Shown: piece after piece, positions 29,526 to 39,743 of the stretch
Layout: each line of letters opens with the position of its first letter
Position numbering within the stretch: position 1 is the stretch's first letter
Assembly: GCA_943788175.1 (NCBI GenBank)
Contig: CALSPG010000008.1
Coordinates: 61,227 to 125,226 of the forward strand
Source of the DNA: an uncultured bacterium
Lineage (GTDB): Bacteria; Fidelibacterota; Marinisomatia; Marinisomatales; UBA1611
Reading direction: 5' to 3'
Length of the DNA stretch: 64,000 bases
The notes under the pieces: generated by a model
Seen by the model: only the letters and a program-made list of their open reading frames with translations
Databases searched by the model: none
What the model was told of the DNA's origin: nothing
Position numbers and translations under genes: made by a program

Positions 29526-30497
29526 TTAAAAATAAAATTCCATTCCAAATCTTGCGGTGTTATAGCCATTTTTGATAATGCTTCGAGAAGCAGCAGAGTT
29601 TTTAGAAAGTGCAGGATTTGTATGATTTAAATGAATGAAGAATATTTTTTTTTGATCACGTTTTAAAAGTCCACTAAAATAATTCATACTCTCGATAATC
29701 AGAGGGTGGGGAATTTCACTCATATTGCGATTCGGGACTTCGTCATCATAGTAAAATGTTCCATCTAACAAAGCATAAGTGTTAGACTCAATCCAGAATA
29801 AAATATCATGTTCCCATTTATTCCATTTATCTATATCAGGTATATAGAGCATAGATTCATTTGGTCCTATTATATTAAAACCAACTGTTTCAGAATACTC
29901 ATCTCTGTGCGGAACTAAAAATGGTTCTAAAATTAAATCTCTAGATAATTGAATTTCTTTTTTATCATTCATTGGTAATAGTACAATATTTTTCAGATTT
30001 ATGAGTTGATTCCAAGGGCCATTTTTCTCAAGATATTTTTTCATTTTAGGCATTGTATAAACTACTATATTTTTTGCTCCCATAACTTCTTTACCCAGTT
30101 GCATTAATCCGGCATAATGTCCGATATGAGCATGCGTTAAAAATATACCTGCAAGTCTGACTCCATGTTTTTTAGTAACTATGTGGAATTGTTTTGCAAA
30201 ATCTGGTGTAGCATCTATCATCCAGCCCAAGCCTAATCTAGGGTCTATAATAGCAATACTAGATACCATCTTTCTCAAACTGTCTGATGACCATGCATTT
30301 TTACAGCATTGTCTTTCGCAGCCAGCATGAGGATATCCACCATCTTGAGTTGTTCCTAAAACGACAGCATATGGACGGTTCGTTAAATATTGGTGATTGT
30401 CTTGAGATTGTAGTTTAATTGAAACAACAAAAAGAAAAATAATTAAAACAAATTTCTTTATCACAGGTTTATAAATATTTTCTTTTTGTATAGCCAT
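29526..30497 (-). CDS. Metallo-beta-lactamase-fold hydrolase, PqqB-like (probable start GTG 30464)
   Basis: LGTTQDGGYPHAGC..CC, DATPD, THAHIGHY, LDGTF, HLNHTNP. Confidence 0.85.
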   Translation of the reverse strand: MAIQKENIYKPVIKKFVLIIFLFVVSIKLQSQDNHQYLTNRPYAVVLGTTQDGGYPHAGCERQCCKNAWSSDSLRKMVSSIAIIDPRLGLGWMIDATPDFAKQFHIVTKKHGVRLAGIFLTHAHIGHYAGLMQLGKEVMGAKNIVVYTMPKMKKYLEKNGPWNQLINLKNIVLLPMNDKKEIQLSRDLILEPFLVPHRDEYSETVGFNIIGPNESMLYIPDIDKWNKWEHDILFWIESNTYALLDGTFYYDDEVPNRNMSEIPHPLIIESMNYFSGLLKRDQKKIFFIHLNHTNPALSKNSAASRSIIKNGYNTARFGMEFYF

Positions 30498-31573
30498 AAT
30501 AATATCAACCAGAATCCTAATAGGTGAGCAAGGGCGAATAGTAATGACCCAAACATGTCTCCTGCAATTGGAACGAATAAAGTTTTATATAAATAGCCGT
30601 ATCCTGAAATTGGCTCTCCTTCCAAAGTAAACTTTATTTTTAAAATTATTTTCGTCCAAAATCCAGATAGGACAAATAAAAAAATAGAGTTTGTGCCAAA
30701 AATCTGAAAAACCCAGAGTGGTTTTTTCCATTTTTTAATATCAATCACGTAGCAGAGTAAGGATAAAGATAAGGTAGCAATGCCCCCTGTCAGAAGCACA
30801 TATGAGCTTGTCCATAATTGTTTATTTATAGGGAAAATCAGTCCCCATATTAATCCGAAAACTATTGAAATGATTCCAAATGTGGACATCCTTTTAACAT
30901 TATCTAAAAAATCTTTTGTTGTGTGAAGCATTGATCCTACTAGATACCCCATTAAAACGGTTACAACTGACGGTATAGTACTTAATAATCCTTCCGGATC
31001 GAATTGAATTCCAGTACCTCCATAAAGGTGGTTTGCCCCGAGGAGCATAATATCAATTTTACGGATAAAGTTGGTTTCAAGGCTATATGGTGCGCTCCCG
31101 CCACCTAGCCAAAGGATTCCCCAATAAGCTAAAAGTATGCCTACGCCAGAAATGAAAATCTTTTTCAAATCTAGATGGATAACCATAATAGCTGCTATAC
31201 CGTATGCTAGTGCAATTCTTTGAAGCACACCCATTATTCTATAATTGCCCCAGTCCCAGTCTTGTTGAATAAAAGGAAAGGCATGAATGAAGCTTCCAGC
31301 TATAAAGATAGATAATGTCCTTATTAATACATGCTTATAAAATTCATTTGAAGCAAAAGAGTGCCATCTAACAAATGCAAACCTCATTGAAGTACCAACA
31401 ATAAATAAGAAAAATGGGAAAATTAAATCAGTGGGAGTGCAACCGTGCCATTTAGCATGGCGCAATGGTGCATATACATAAGACCAGCTTCCTGGGTTAT
31501 TAACAATTATCATCATTGCAATAGTAATCCCTCGGAAAATATCGATAGAGAGAATTCTTCTTGGCTTAGACAT
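30461..31573 (-). CDS. Heparan-alpha-glucosaminide N-acetyltransferase-like membrane protein (NagX/DUF5009)
   Basis: SIDIFRG, HAKWHGCTPTDLIFPFFLF, GVLQRIA, FDPEGLLST, PINKQLWTSSY. Confidence 0.92.
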   Translation of the reverse strand: MSKPRRILSIDIFRGITIAMMIIVNNPGSWSYVYAPLRHAKWHGCTPTDLIFPFFLFIVGTSMRFAFVRWHSFASNEFYKHVLIRTLSIFIAGSFIHAFPFIQQDWDWGNYRIMGVLQRIALAYGIAAIMVIHLDLKKIFISGVGILLAYWGILWLGGGSAPYSLETNFIRKIDIMLLGANHLYGGTGIQFDPEGLLSTIPSVVTVLMGYLVGSMLHTTKDFLDNVKRMSTFGIISIVFGLIWGLIFPINKQLWTSSYVLLTGGIATLSLSLLCYVIDIKKWKKPLWVFQIFGTNSIFLFVLSGFWTKIILKIKFTLEGEPISGYGYLYKTLFVPIAGDMFGSLLFALAHLLGFWLILLWLYKKKIFINL

Positions 31574-31579
31574 AATAAT

Positions 31580-33412
31580 TCAAGTTAGCTTTGAGATACT
31601 TTTATTCCAAATGAGATATGACCCAAGACCAGCGCACCCAAAAAGAATAACAGAAGCTCCATAGTTTTGAAAAATCAGGTTCCCAATACCAAATGTGAAA
31701 CCATATATCATTAGTACTCCTGATACCCATAAAATAAAAATGCCCTTGGTAACAGGCTGTAATGTGTGTTTAAAATTAGATGTTATTGGTCCCCACCATC
31801 CTCCAGGTTGTACTCTTTTATAAAATTCTTCGAGTTTTTCTATCGGTTCTGGTTTGCTAAGGAAAGTAACTGAAACCCAAGCTATTATTGCTATCGGTAC
31901 TATAATCATTAACTTATGATGAATTTGTAATTGAATACCAAAGATTACTGGCGAGGCGCCAAACAAAGAATATTGCAAATCATTATTAATAGTTTGAAAA
32001 TATGCTATCAATTCCAAAGTGATTGTTATAATAATGGAAGTGGCCAATGCAGTTATTTCGCTCCAAGCGTTTATTCGCCACCAAAACCAACGAAGTATTA
32101 ACACTAAGCCTATTCCTGCTCCCATTGAAAAAATGAACTCCCAAGCTTTAGAAATACTTTGCATTTTAAGAGCGGTAAAAGCAGCAAGGACCATTAAAAC
32201 AATTGTCATTATTTTGCCTGCAAACACATAATGCCTTTCGGATTCATCTGGTTTAAAAAACCTTCTGTATATATCGTTAATTAAGTATGAAACTCCCCAG
32301 TTTAAATGTGTATCGATAGTAGACATAAATGCTGCTAGAAAAGAAACGATGAGAATCCCTTTTAAGCCGGGACCAAGTAGCGTATTCATAACAAGTGGGT
32401 ATCCCGCTTTGACTCCTAATTCAGAATATTCAGAGGGTATAATTGGGAACATGACTATAGAAACAACCGCTACAATAATCCACGGCCATACACGTAGAGC
32501 ATAGTGTGCTAAATTAAACCAAAGCGTAGCAAGGAGTGCGTGCCTTTCATTCTTTGCTGATGACATCCTCTGAATAATATATCCGCCTCCGTCAGTACCA
32601 TGATGAGACCACCACATTATTGTTGTAAAAATTAAAAATTTTGAAAAAGGAGATTCCCAAAATGTCTGAGTTCCCAATCCTTCATCGGGTATGGGAGGTA
32701 TGAATTTCAAAGTATTTTCTGTTACAACATCTGTTCCCAAAAGTTGGTTAAGTTTTTGCAGCAATGTTTCCATCCCACCTACATAATTTAAAGCAATTAT
32801 TGCGAGAGCTATTGATCCGAACATTGCTATTAAAAATTGAACTAAATCTGTTACGACAACCCCCCAAAATCCTGATAAAATAGCATATACTAAGGCTATG
32901 ATAACGCATAGCCAAACAGCAGTCCATTTATCCATATTTAGCATTACCGAAACAACGGAAGCCATCGCGTTAATCACCCAGCCCATAACGATAAAGTTAT
33001 AAAGAACAGCAAAGTATCCTGCTTTGAAAGCGCGTAGGAATGCAGCTGGTTTTCCGCTATAACGAATTTCTAGCAACTCATTATCTGTTAGGACTTCTGC
33101 TCTTCGCCAAAGTCTAGAAAACAGAAAAACGCCGAGGAGAGAACCCATTAGTAGGTTCCACCAGAACCAGTTTTGCCATATCCCGGGTCCTCTTACAAAC
33201 TCAGTAATAGCAAGTGGTGTATCAGCAGCAAATGTAGTGGCAACCATAGATGTTCCAACAATCCACCAAGGAAGTGATCTTCCAGATAAAAAATACTCCT
33301 CAGTGCTTGAAGCTGCTCTTTTTGAAAAATAAATTCCTACACCAAGTGAAAAAATTATATAAGAAATAATGATAGCCCAATCAACCCAATGTAATGTTAT
33401 CGATTCACTCAT
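31580..33412 (-). CDS. Sodium:solute symporter
   Basis: YFLSGRSLPWW..GTSMVATTFAADTPL, GVVVTD.VQF, AAFMSTIDTHLNWG. Confidence 0.93.
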   Translation of the reverse strand: MSESITLHWVDWAIIISYIIFSLGVGIYFSKRAASSTEEYFLSGRSLPWWIVGTSMVATTFAADTPLAITEFVRGPGIWQNWFWWNLLMGSLLGVFLFSRLWRRAEVLTDNELLEIRYSGKPAAFLRAFKAGYFAVLYNFIVMGWVINAMASVVSVMLNMDKWTAVWLCVIIALVYAILSGFWGVVVTDLVQFLIAMFGSIALAIIALNYVGGMETLLQKLNQLLGTDVVTENTLKFIPPIPDEGLGTQTFWESPFSKFLIFTTIMWWSHHGTDGGGYIIQRMSSAKNERHALLATLWFNLAHYALRVWPWIIVAVVSIVMFPIIPSEYSELGVKAGYPLVMNTLLGPGLKGILIVSFLAAFMSTIDTHLNWGVSYLINDIYRRFFKPDESERHYVFAGKIMTIVLMVLAAFTALKMQSISKAWEFIFSMGAGIGLVLILRWFWWRINAWSEITALATSIIITITLELIAYFQTINNDLQYSLFGASPVIFGIQLQIHHKLMIIVPIAIIAWVSVTFLSKPEPIEKLEEFYKRVQPGGWWGPITSNFKHTLQPVTKGIFILWVSGVLMIYGFTFGIGNLIFQNYGASVILFGCAGLGSYLIWNKSISKLT

Positions 33413-34757
33413 AAATATCCTTTATCTGAGTTTGTTTATAGTAGTGATAAAGAATCTCATTAGTATTTCTACCTGCTAATGACATTCCTAGTGCTCCAAT
33501 TTGACATAATCCAACTCCATGACCCCAGCCGGCACCTTTTAAAGTGAAATATTTGCTGCTATTAGTGTTTGAATTTGTTTCAATTGTAAATGCTGAGCTA
33601 TATAAAAATTTAGGATGCAAAATTCTTCTTATTTCATATTCTGACTCTATAGATAATTTATAATCATTTTTATCTTTAAGAGTACCTATGATATCTAAAT
33701 GTAATATCCTGCCAGAGGCACCTCTTTTTAATGGTAATATTTGTTTTATGTCTGTAAATAGTTCCCCGGTTTTAACAAAAATAATTTGGATCATTTCATC
33801 CATATTATAAGAAACTTTCCATCTGTAATATTTGCCTTCCTTATCGACATTCCCCAAGTATTCACCAAGCTTATTTTCATCAATAAATTGAGGGCCACAA
33901 TAAGATGAATGCTCTAGTCTCATCCAATTTTTAAATGACTCCTCGTTTGAAATATTTTTTTTCATTTGTGAACTATCATCAACAAGAGATTCTAAATATG
34001 GTTTTTGATCCATAGTCCAAACATTTGCACTACTTTCTGTTATTCCACCACAACTTTTTGAATAACGCGCATCACATATTGTATCGCTATGCATTATAGC
34101 TTTTCCTCTAGTATTGACAGTTGCCTTTATTGAAGATTTTGTTAAATTTGATATGCCCTGGTACCTTTGGCAACAGTCGTCATTGCAGGCATCCAACCCA
34201 AGGCGTTCATGTTTTTTTTCTGCTGCCGCAAGAATCCAAGATCGAGCAACAATAGTTTGAGCTTCTAAAAGCGATGTGGGACAATTACTACCCATTTCTG
34301 ATGTGGCTACACACATTAAGTAATCTTCAAGGTGTATTCTATTTATTACAAAAAGAGAATGCCCAATAAGTTTTATGACTATGTCACCAAGTACTTTTAT
34401 TTTTATTCGCTTTTGCCAATGAAATCCTCTTCCGGCGATTACAGAATCAACTACTATATGGTCCGTAATTACCCTCTGTCTATTTGTTAAAATAATGGAC
34501 TCGCATTCTTTGCCTTCTAGATGCATGCGTTGATTTTTTGATTGAATAAGTAATTTTTTATTAAAATGAGTTTGATTTAAATCATTTACTTTGAGATCAA
34601 AACTATCGCCATTTAAAACTAGTGAAATATCTTTTTGATTATCTTCTGGCATTACAAGGCCTATAGACATGATTGGTTCTTTATGCATAATTATCTTCAT
34701 TAATGGCCAGATAAACAGCTCCCATAGCTGCGGTATTCCTATTTGAAGATAATTCAA
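33405..34757 (-). CDS. SpoIID/LytB-family lytic transglycosylase (probable start ATG 34688)
   Basis: LEDYLMCVATSEM (catalytic Glu), CNDDCCQRYQG, YSKSCGG, GWGHGVGLCQIGA, ILYHYY; ATG 34688 overlaps the upstream stop. Confidence 0.93.
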   Translation of the reverse strand: MNYLQIGIPQLWELFIWPLMKIIMHKEPIMSIGLVMPEDNQKDISLVLNGDSFDLKVNDLNQTHFNKKLLIQSKNQRMHLEGKECESIILTNRQRVITDHIVVDSVIAGRGFHWQKRIKIKVLGDIVIKLIGHSLFVINRIHLEDYLMCVATSEMGSNCPTSLLEAQTIVARSWILAAAEKKHERLGLDACNDDCCQRYQGISNLTKSSIKATVNTRGKAIMHSDTICDARYSKSCGGITESSANVWTMDQKPYLESLVDDSSQMKKNISNEESFKNWMRLEHSSYCGPQFIDENKLGEYLGNVDKEGKYYRWKVSYNMDEMIQIIFVKTGELFTDIKQILPLKRGASGRILHLDIIGTLKDKNDYKLSIESEYEIRRILHPKFLYSSAFTIETNSNTNSSKYFTLKGAGWGHGVGLCQIGALGMSLAGRNTNEILYHYYKQTQIKDIYE

Positions 34758-35700
34758 TAGGGATGTCCTTAAAATTATTTTTTTGAATGATATTTTTTAA
34801 TGGATGATTTTTTTCGTTTAGTAAGACACCCAACCGTTGTCCGATAACGATTTTTTCAGGATAATTTGTCTTAGATTTAAAAAAAGATATCCTTGAATTA
34901 ATCAAAATATTGAAAGCCTTTCCCGCAGAAAAAAGTATTTTTTCAGCTTTTTTATTCTTCATTTTTGCTTTTAAGAAAAGGTCATTTAGTGATTCTACTG
35001 ACTTCATCTTTTTTGAATTCCATTTTTGACTTAGACCTCCAAGAGATAAACATTCTTCTACAGATTTTCCATCATCCGCTATTATTTCCCAAGATTTTTT
35101 AAAATCTTTTTCAGCGGTTATATCTACTATTTGATTTTGATATACAATTCCATCTGCGATGCCTGTTCCACCACCAATGTAAATCCCATTAGAACAATTA
35201 TTTAGCTTTCCTTTACTAGAAAACTTTTCTCCATAAACACAAGATAAGGAATCATCATAAATATTTTTAATATTTATTGAACAATTTAACTCTAAGTTTA
35301 TTTTTTTATTTAACTGATGAAGCATGTTTAAGTTTCTTGGTCCATTTGCCATTATGGAAACCCCATCGGCGTTTTTTGTTTTTATTCCAGGGAAGCAGAA
35401 TCCGATAGCAGAGATATCGAAATTTTTAAAATTTTGAATTGATTTTATTATTGCATTTATAATGACTTTTGATTGTCTTAGCTCCTTTGGTTGTATGGTT
35501 ATGCTCTTATCTAAACTTTCTTTTTTTTGAATCTCTAATTTTACTGGAATAAAGCTTTGATCAAAGTTGACTATATCCTTATAGCTTACTTCAAATGGTC
35601 TTGATTCATTAATAATTTCATTTTTATCATTTATTAAAAATAATTGTGAAAGGATCTTTGAAGCTCCTCCATCGAGGCCTAGTACATATCGCTTTTTCAT
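34681..35700 (-). CDS. Divergent ROK/ASKHA-fold sugar kinase
   Basis: LGLDGGASK, IGFCFPG, YDDSLSCVYGE, IYIGGGTGIADG, AAMGA. Confidence 0.72.
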   Translation of the reverse strand: MKKRYVLGLDGGASKILSQLFLINDKNEIINESRPFEVSYKDIVNFDQSFIPVKLEIQKKESLDKSITIQPKELRQSKVIINAIIKSIQNFKNFDISAIGFCFPGIKTKNADGVSIMANGPRNLNMLHQLNKKINLELNCSINIKNIYDDSLSCVYGEKFSSKGKLNNCSNGIYIGGGTGIADGIVYQNQIVDITAEKDFKKSWEIIADDGKSVEECLSLGGLSQKWNSKKMKSVESLNDLFLKAKMKNKKAEKILFSAGKAFNILINSRISFFKSKTNYPEKIVIGQRLGVLLNEKNHPLKNIIQKNNFKDIPIELSSNRNTAAMGAVYLAINEDNYA

Positions 35701-35704
35701 AAAA

Positions 35705-36739
35705 TTACAATTTGTTTTTCAATTTGCTTATACGCAAGATTGATTGTTCAATTTTATCTATTGAAATCTTTTTTTTATTTATCCCCTCTTTTATTGCTTG
35801 CACACATTTAGGTATATAATGGGGGTCAAATTCTAGATTATTCCCAAGGCAAAAAATATCAATACCTGCGTTAATCATATATGTAAAAGTATCTTCAAGA
35901 GAGTAGTTATTTGAAATTGCTTTCATACTTGGGTCATCGCAGATTATGACTCCTTCAAAATGAAGTTTTTCCCTCAAGAGTTTTGTAGCGATATTTTTTG
36001 AAAGGGAGGCCGGTAATTTTGAATCATAAAGGCGATGAAAAACATGAGAAATCATTACCATATCAAGTAAACCGGAATCTATCATTGTCTCATATGGAAT
36101 CAACTCTTGCTCTGACCATGTATCTGTAATGTCATCAACCCCTTGATGAGTGTCTCCATGCCCAGAGCCTTGACCTGGGAAATGTTTTACGCAGGAGAAA
36201 ATATTGTTTTTCTTTAAAGTTTCAATTAGAATTGAAGAGTGCTTAATTATTTTCTTAGGGTTCTTACTGAGCGCTCTATGTGCATTACCAATATATGTTT
36301 TTTCCCCATAATCAAGGTCAAGAACAGGTGCATAATTCAAGTTAATACCGCAATAATCTAAATGGTTGGCTAGAGATTCAGCTAGTTTTTTTGTCTCAGA
36401 GAGGTCATCCAGTTTTCCTATTTCTTGCCATGAAGGGAAAGAAGGGAAGCCGTATTCTTCTTTTAATCGACTTACTTTGCCGCCCTCTTGATCAATAGAT
36501 ATAAAAATAGGATTATCGATATTGTTTTGAATTGATTTAGAAAGATTTTTTAATTGATTTGGAGAATTAATGTTTCGGGAAAATGAACCGCCTTTTTCCA
36601 TGTCTTCATCATAAAGGATTACGCCAGAAATATTATAGTCTCTTATATATTTTGAAATATCAGAAGTTTTCGAAATTTCATTTTCTCGAAATCCAGCAAT
36701 AATGAGCTGGCCTATTTTTTGATCAAGTGTTTTTGTCAT
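35705..36739 (-). CDS. GH3 beta-N-acetylglucosaminidase (NagZ-like, single domain)
   Basis: SIDQEGGKVSRL, NYAPVLD, KHFPGQG...DTH, ICDDPSM. Confidence 0.9.
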   Translation of the reverse strand: MTKTLDQKIGQLIIAGFRENEISKTSDISKYIRDYNISGVILYDEDMEKGGSFSRNINSPNQLKNLSKSIQNNIDNPIFISIDQEGGKVSRLKEEYGFPSFPSWQEIGKLDDLSETKKLAESLANHLDYCGINLNYAPVLDLDYGEKTYIGNAHRALSKNPKKIIKHSSILIETLKKNNIFSCVKHFPGQGSGHGDTHQGVDDITDTWSEQELIPYETMIDSGLLDMVMISHVFHRLYDSKLPASLSKNIATKLLREKLHFEGVIICDDPSMKAISNNYSLEDTFTYMINAGIDIFCLGNNLEFDPHYIPKCVQAIKEGINKKKISIDKIEQSILRISKLKNKL

Positions 36740-36773
36740 TTAATTAAAATAGTTTGAATAAATTTAACACCTT

Positions 36774-39725
36774 ATGAATTTAGATATATTTAAACCTTAC
36801 TTAAAAAAAACGTTTCTATTTCAATTTTTAATGTTGCTAATCGTATTCTTAAACGGTTGTGCTAGTGTCCCTGTAAGTAAAAAAAAATGGGCTGAAAAAA
36901 CATTTAAGAAGCTTTCTATAAGACAAAAAATTGCTCAGATGATGATATATAGAATGCATTTGAAATACAATAAAATTACTCCTGAAAAGTGGAATGAGAT
37001 TAAATCATTACTTTCAAATGATGGCATAGGAGGGATTCATATCTGGTCAGGAGATGGTTCTAGTTCTTTAGCGATGTTAAATGAAATACAAAAAAGATCT
37101 AAAGTTCCAGTAATTATTGACGCGGATATTGAACGAGGTTTAGGTCAACGTTTTTCATCTGGAACTGACTTTCCCCCGTTAATGGCTATTACAGCCACAG
37201 GCATTCCAAATAATGCTTATGAAGTCGGAAGAATTGTAGCCGAAGAATCAAGAGCCGCTGGAGTGCAATGGAACCTTTCGCCAGTAGTTGATGTAAATAA
37301 TAATCCTCTTAACCCTATTATAAATACACGCTCTTTTAGTGAAAGTCCTGATATCGTAAGCGAATTTTCTCTAGAATATATTAAAGGGTTGCAAGATCAT
37401 GGCATGATTGCTACGGCAAAGCATTTCCCCGGGCATGGCGATACACAAACGGATTCTCATAGTTCGCTTGCAATGATTCCTAGTGACTCCTCTAGGTTGT
37501 GGTCAGTAGAATTGAAACCTTTTGTAAAAGTCGCAAAAGCAGGCGTTGATGCAATAATGATTGCACATGTACATGCTCCTGATTTTCAGCCTGAGTCTGA
37601 TAACCCCGCTACGTTAAGTAAATTTTGGGTAACGAATATTTTGAGAAAAAAAATTGGTTTTGAAGGAGTAATTATCACTGATGGCATGGGCATGGGTGGA
37701 GTAACAAAAAATTACGCTGATGATTATGCTATTATTGAAACCGTAAAAGCGGGTTGTGATGTTATCATTCAAAATTATGATATTGTTGGTTCCATTGATG
37801 CAATTGAAGAAGCCGTATTAAATGGTGAAATTAATATAGAAAGTATTAATTCTTCTGTTTTGAAAATTCTTAAAATGAAAGAAAAGGCAGGCCTGCATCT
37901 TAATCCTTTCGTTGATATAGAATCAATGATGAGTATGATTGGTAAAAAAGAGCATAAAGAAGTTTCAGATAGGATATCTTCAGAATCTATTACTCTTCTA
38001 AAAGATGAACAAAAACTTCTGCCTTTATCGATTGATGCTAGGGATACGTTGTATGTATTTGACATCTATGATCAGGAAAATAAGCATTCTATTTCTAGTC
38101 TAACCTCAAACTTAATTAGAGAAAGATTCCCCATTAGAACAATACAAATTGATGAATCGGATAAAAAGTATGTACTGGATGCAATCTTAAGAAGTATTCC
38201 TAAAAATAGTAGAATTCTAATAAATGCATTTGTCAGTCCTAAGGAGTGGAAAGATAGAATATTTTTTCCTGATAATGAGACGTATTTTGTAAATGAGCTA
38301 ATGAAAAAATCTAATCGTATTATTCTTGCAAGTCTTGGCACTCCGTATCTTTTAATGGATTTCCCGGATGTCTCTACATATATATGTGCTTACAAAGGTA
38401 GCTTTGTAATGCAAAATGCTTTATTCAAAGCATTAATGGGTAAAGAAAATATCTCTGGACGTTTACCAGTATCTATTCCAAATATTTTTGATATCGGTTC
38501 CGGTGTTTTATTAGAAAAAAGAACAAAACCTGTAGAAAAAAATAAATTTGAGCCTGGAAAACTGCTTTTAAGAGTACGGCCTAAACTGGTTAATGCTGAT
38601 ATTTCTATGATGAGCGAAGCTATGAACTCAGCTGTCGTAGACAGTGCATGGTCAGGTGGTGTTTTGCTTGCCGCAAAAGATGGGAATATCTTTTATCATA
38701 AAGGTCATGGATATCATACGTATGACAAAATAAATGATGTCAATTCAAGCGATATTTTTGATTTAGCATCAATAACAAAAGCAGTCGCAACGACATCTGC
38801 GATAATGAAACTACAAGATTTAAATAAAATAGATATAAGTGAGCCGGTGATTAAATATTTACCTAGATTTAAAGGTAAAAACAAAAAATATTTCTCTCAG
38901 AAATCTCAAATTACAGTCAAAGACCTTCTTTCTCATGTTTCTGGATTGCCGGCATTTAAACAATATTACAGAAAAGACAAAAGTAAAGAATCATTATTGA
39001 CTAGTATTTACGATACCGATCCTGTTCAAAATAATAGAGATACTACAATTTATTCAGATGTTGGAGCCATTATCTTAGGTGATATTGTTGAAAAAATAAG
39101 CGGTTTAAATCTGGATGTTTTTGTGGATTCTATGGTTTTTAAACCACTAGGAATGAATACAACATTTTATAATCCACCAGATACGAAAAAGCATAGAATA
39201 GTACCCACTGAAATAAATTCAGAAGGCGAATTAATTCATGGTTTTGTACACGATGAAAATGCATATAGTCTTGGCGGTGTTGCTGGTCATGCAGGGCTTT
39301 TCTCAACGGCAAAAGATTTAGCTGTTTTTTCACAAATGATGTTAAATGGCGGATTATATGGTTGGAAGAGAATCTTCAAAACTGGTACAGTTAATAGTTT
39401 TACAAGTAAAGCGGGCATTTTAGATAATAGCTCTCGATTATTGGGTTGGGATAGTCCAGCTGGGCTAGCCTCAGGAGGTGTCTACTTAAGTGATTCCAGT
39501 TTCGGGCATACAGGGTTTACGGGAACTTCAATATGGATAGACCCTGAAAATGGTGTAATAGTAGTCTTATTAACAAACGCTGTGTACCCAAAGAGGGAAA
39601 GTAAATCACCAAAATATTATGATTGGCGGCAGAAAGTTCACTCCAGCGTCTACGAATCGCTAATGTTCGAATCAAAAAATCCTAATTTGCAATTAAGACC
39701 AAGGTGGAATAACATTAAACAGTAG
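36774..39725 (+). CDS. Lipoprotein: GH3 NagZ + GH3-C + beta-lactamase-fold serine hydrolase (AmiE-like) fusion
   Basis: Lipobox LNGC; KHFPGHGDTQTDSH; ITDGMGM; DLASITK (SxxK), YSD, VHDENA..LGGVAGHAGLFS, GHTGFTGT. Confidence 0.93.
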   Translation: MNLDIFKPYLKKTFLFQFLMLLIVFLNGCASVPVSKKKWAEKTFKKLSIRQKIAQMMIYRMHLKYNKITPEKWNEIKSLLSNDGIGGIHIWSGDGSSSLAMLNEIQKRSKVPVIIDADIERGLGQRFSSGTDFPPLMAITATGIPNNAYEVGRIVAEESRAAGVQWNLSPVVDVNNNPLNPIINTRSFSESPDIVSEFSLEYIKGLQDHGMIATAKHFPGHGDTQTDSHSSLAMIPSDSSRLWSVELKPFVKVAKAGVDAIMIAHVHAPDFQPESDNPATLSKFWVTNILRKKIGFEGVIITDGMGMGGVTKNYADDYAIIETVKAGCDVIIQNYDIVGSIDAIEEAVLNGEINIESINSSVLKILKMKEKAGLHLNPFVDIESMMSMIGKKEHKEVSDRISSESITLLKDEQKLLPLSIDARDTLYVFDIYDQENKHSISSLTSNLIRERFPIRTIQIDESDKKYVLDAILRSIPKNSRILINAFVSPKEWKDRIFFPDNETYFVNELMKKSNRIILASLGTPYLLMDFPDVSTYICAYKGSFVMQNALFKALMGKENISGRLPVSIPNIFDIGSGVLLEKRTKPVEKNKFEPGKLLLRVRPKLVNADISMMSEAMNSAVVDSAWSGGVLLAAKDGNIFYHKGHGYHTYDKINDVNSSDIFDLASITKAVATTSAIMKLQDLNKIDISEPVIKYLPRFKGKNKKYFSQKSQITVKDLLSHVSGLPAFKQYYRKDKSKESLLTSIYDTDPVQNNRDTTIYSDVGAIILGDIVEKISGLNLDVFVDSMVFKPLGMNTTFYNPPDTKKHRIVPTEINSEGELIHGFVHDENAYSLGGVAGHAGLFSTAKDLAVFSQMMLNGGLYGWKRIFKTGTVNSFTSKAGILDNSSRLLGWDSPAGLASGGVYLSDSSFGHTGFTGTSIWIDPENGVIVVLLTNAVYPKRESKSPKYYDWRQKVHSSVYESLMFESKNPNLQLRPRWNNIKQ

Positions 39726-39743
39726 TAGTTACATATTGAAATA

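Noticed and set aside
33405-34757. Sporulation gene
   Set aside because: SpoIID/LytB domains are widespread in non-sporulating diderms; context is sugar salvage
38560-39725. Antibiotic-resistance beta-lactamase
   Set aside because: Fused to GH3 NagZ in a peptidoglycan locus; fits an AmiE-type amidase/esterase
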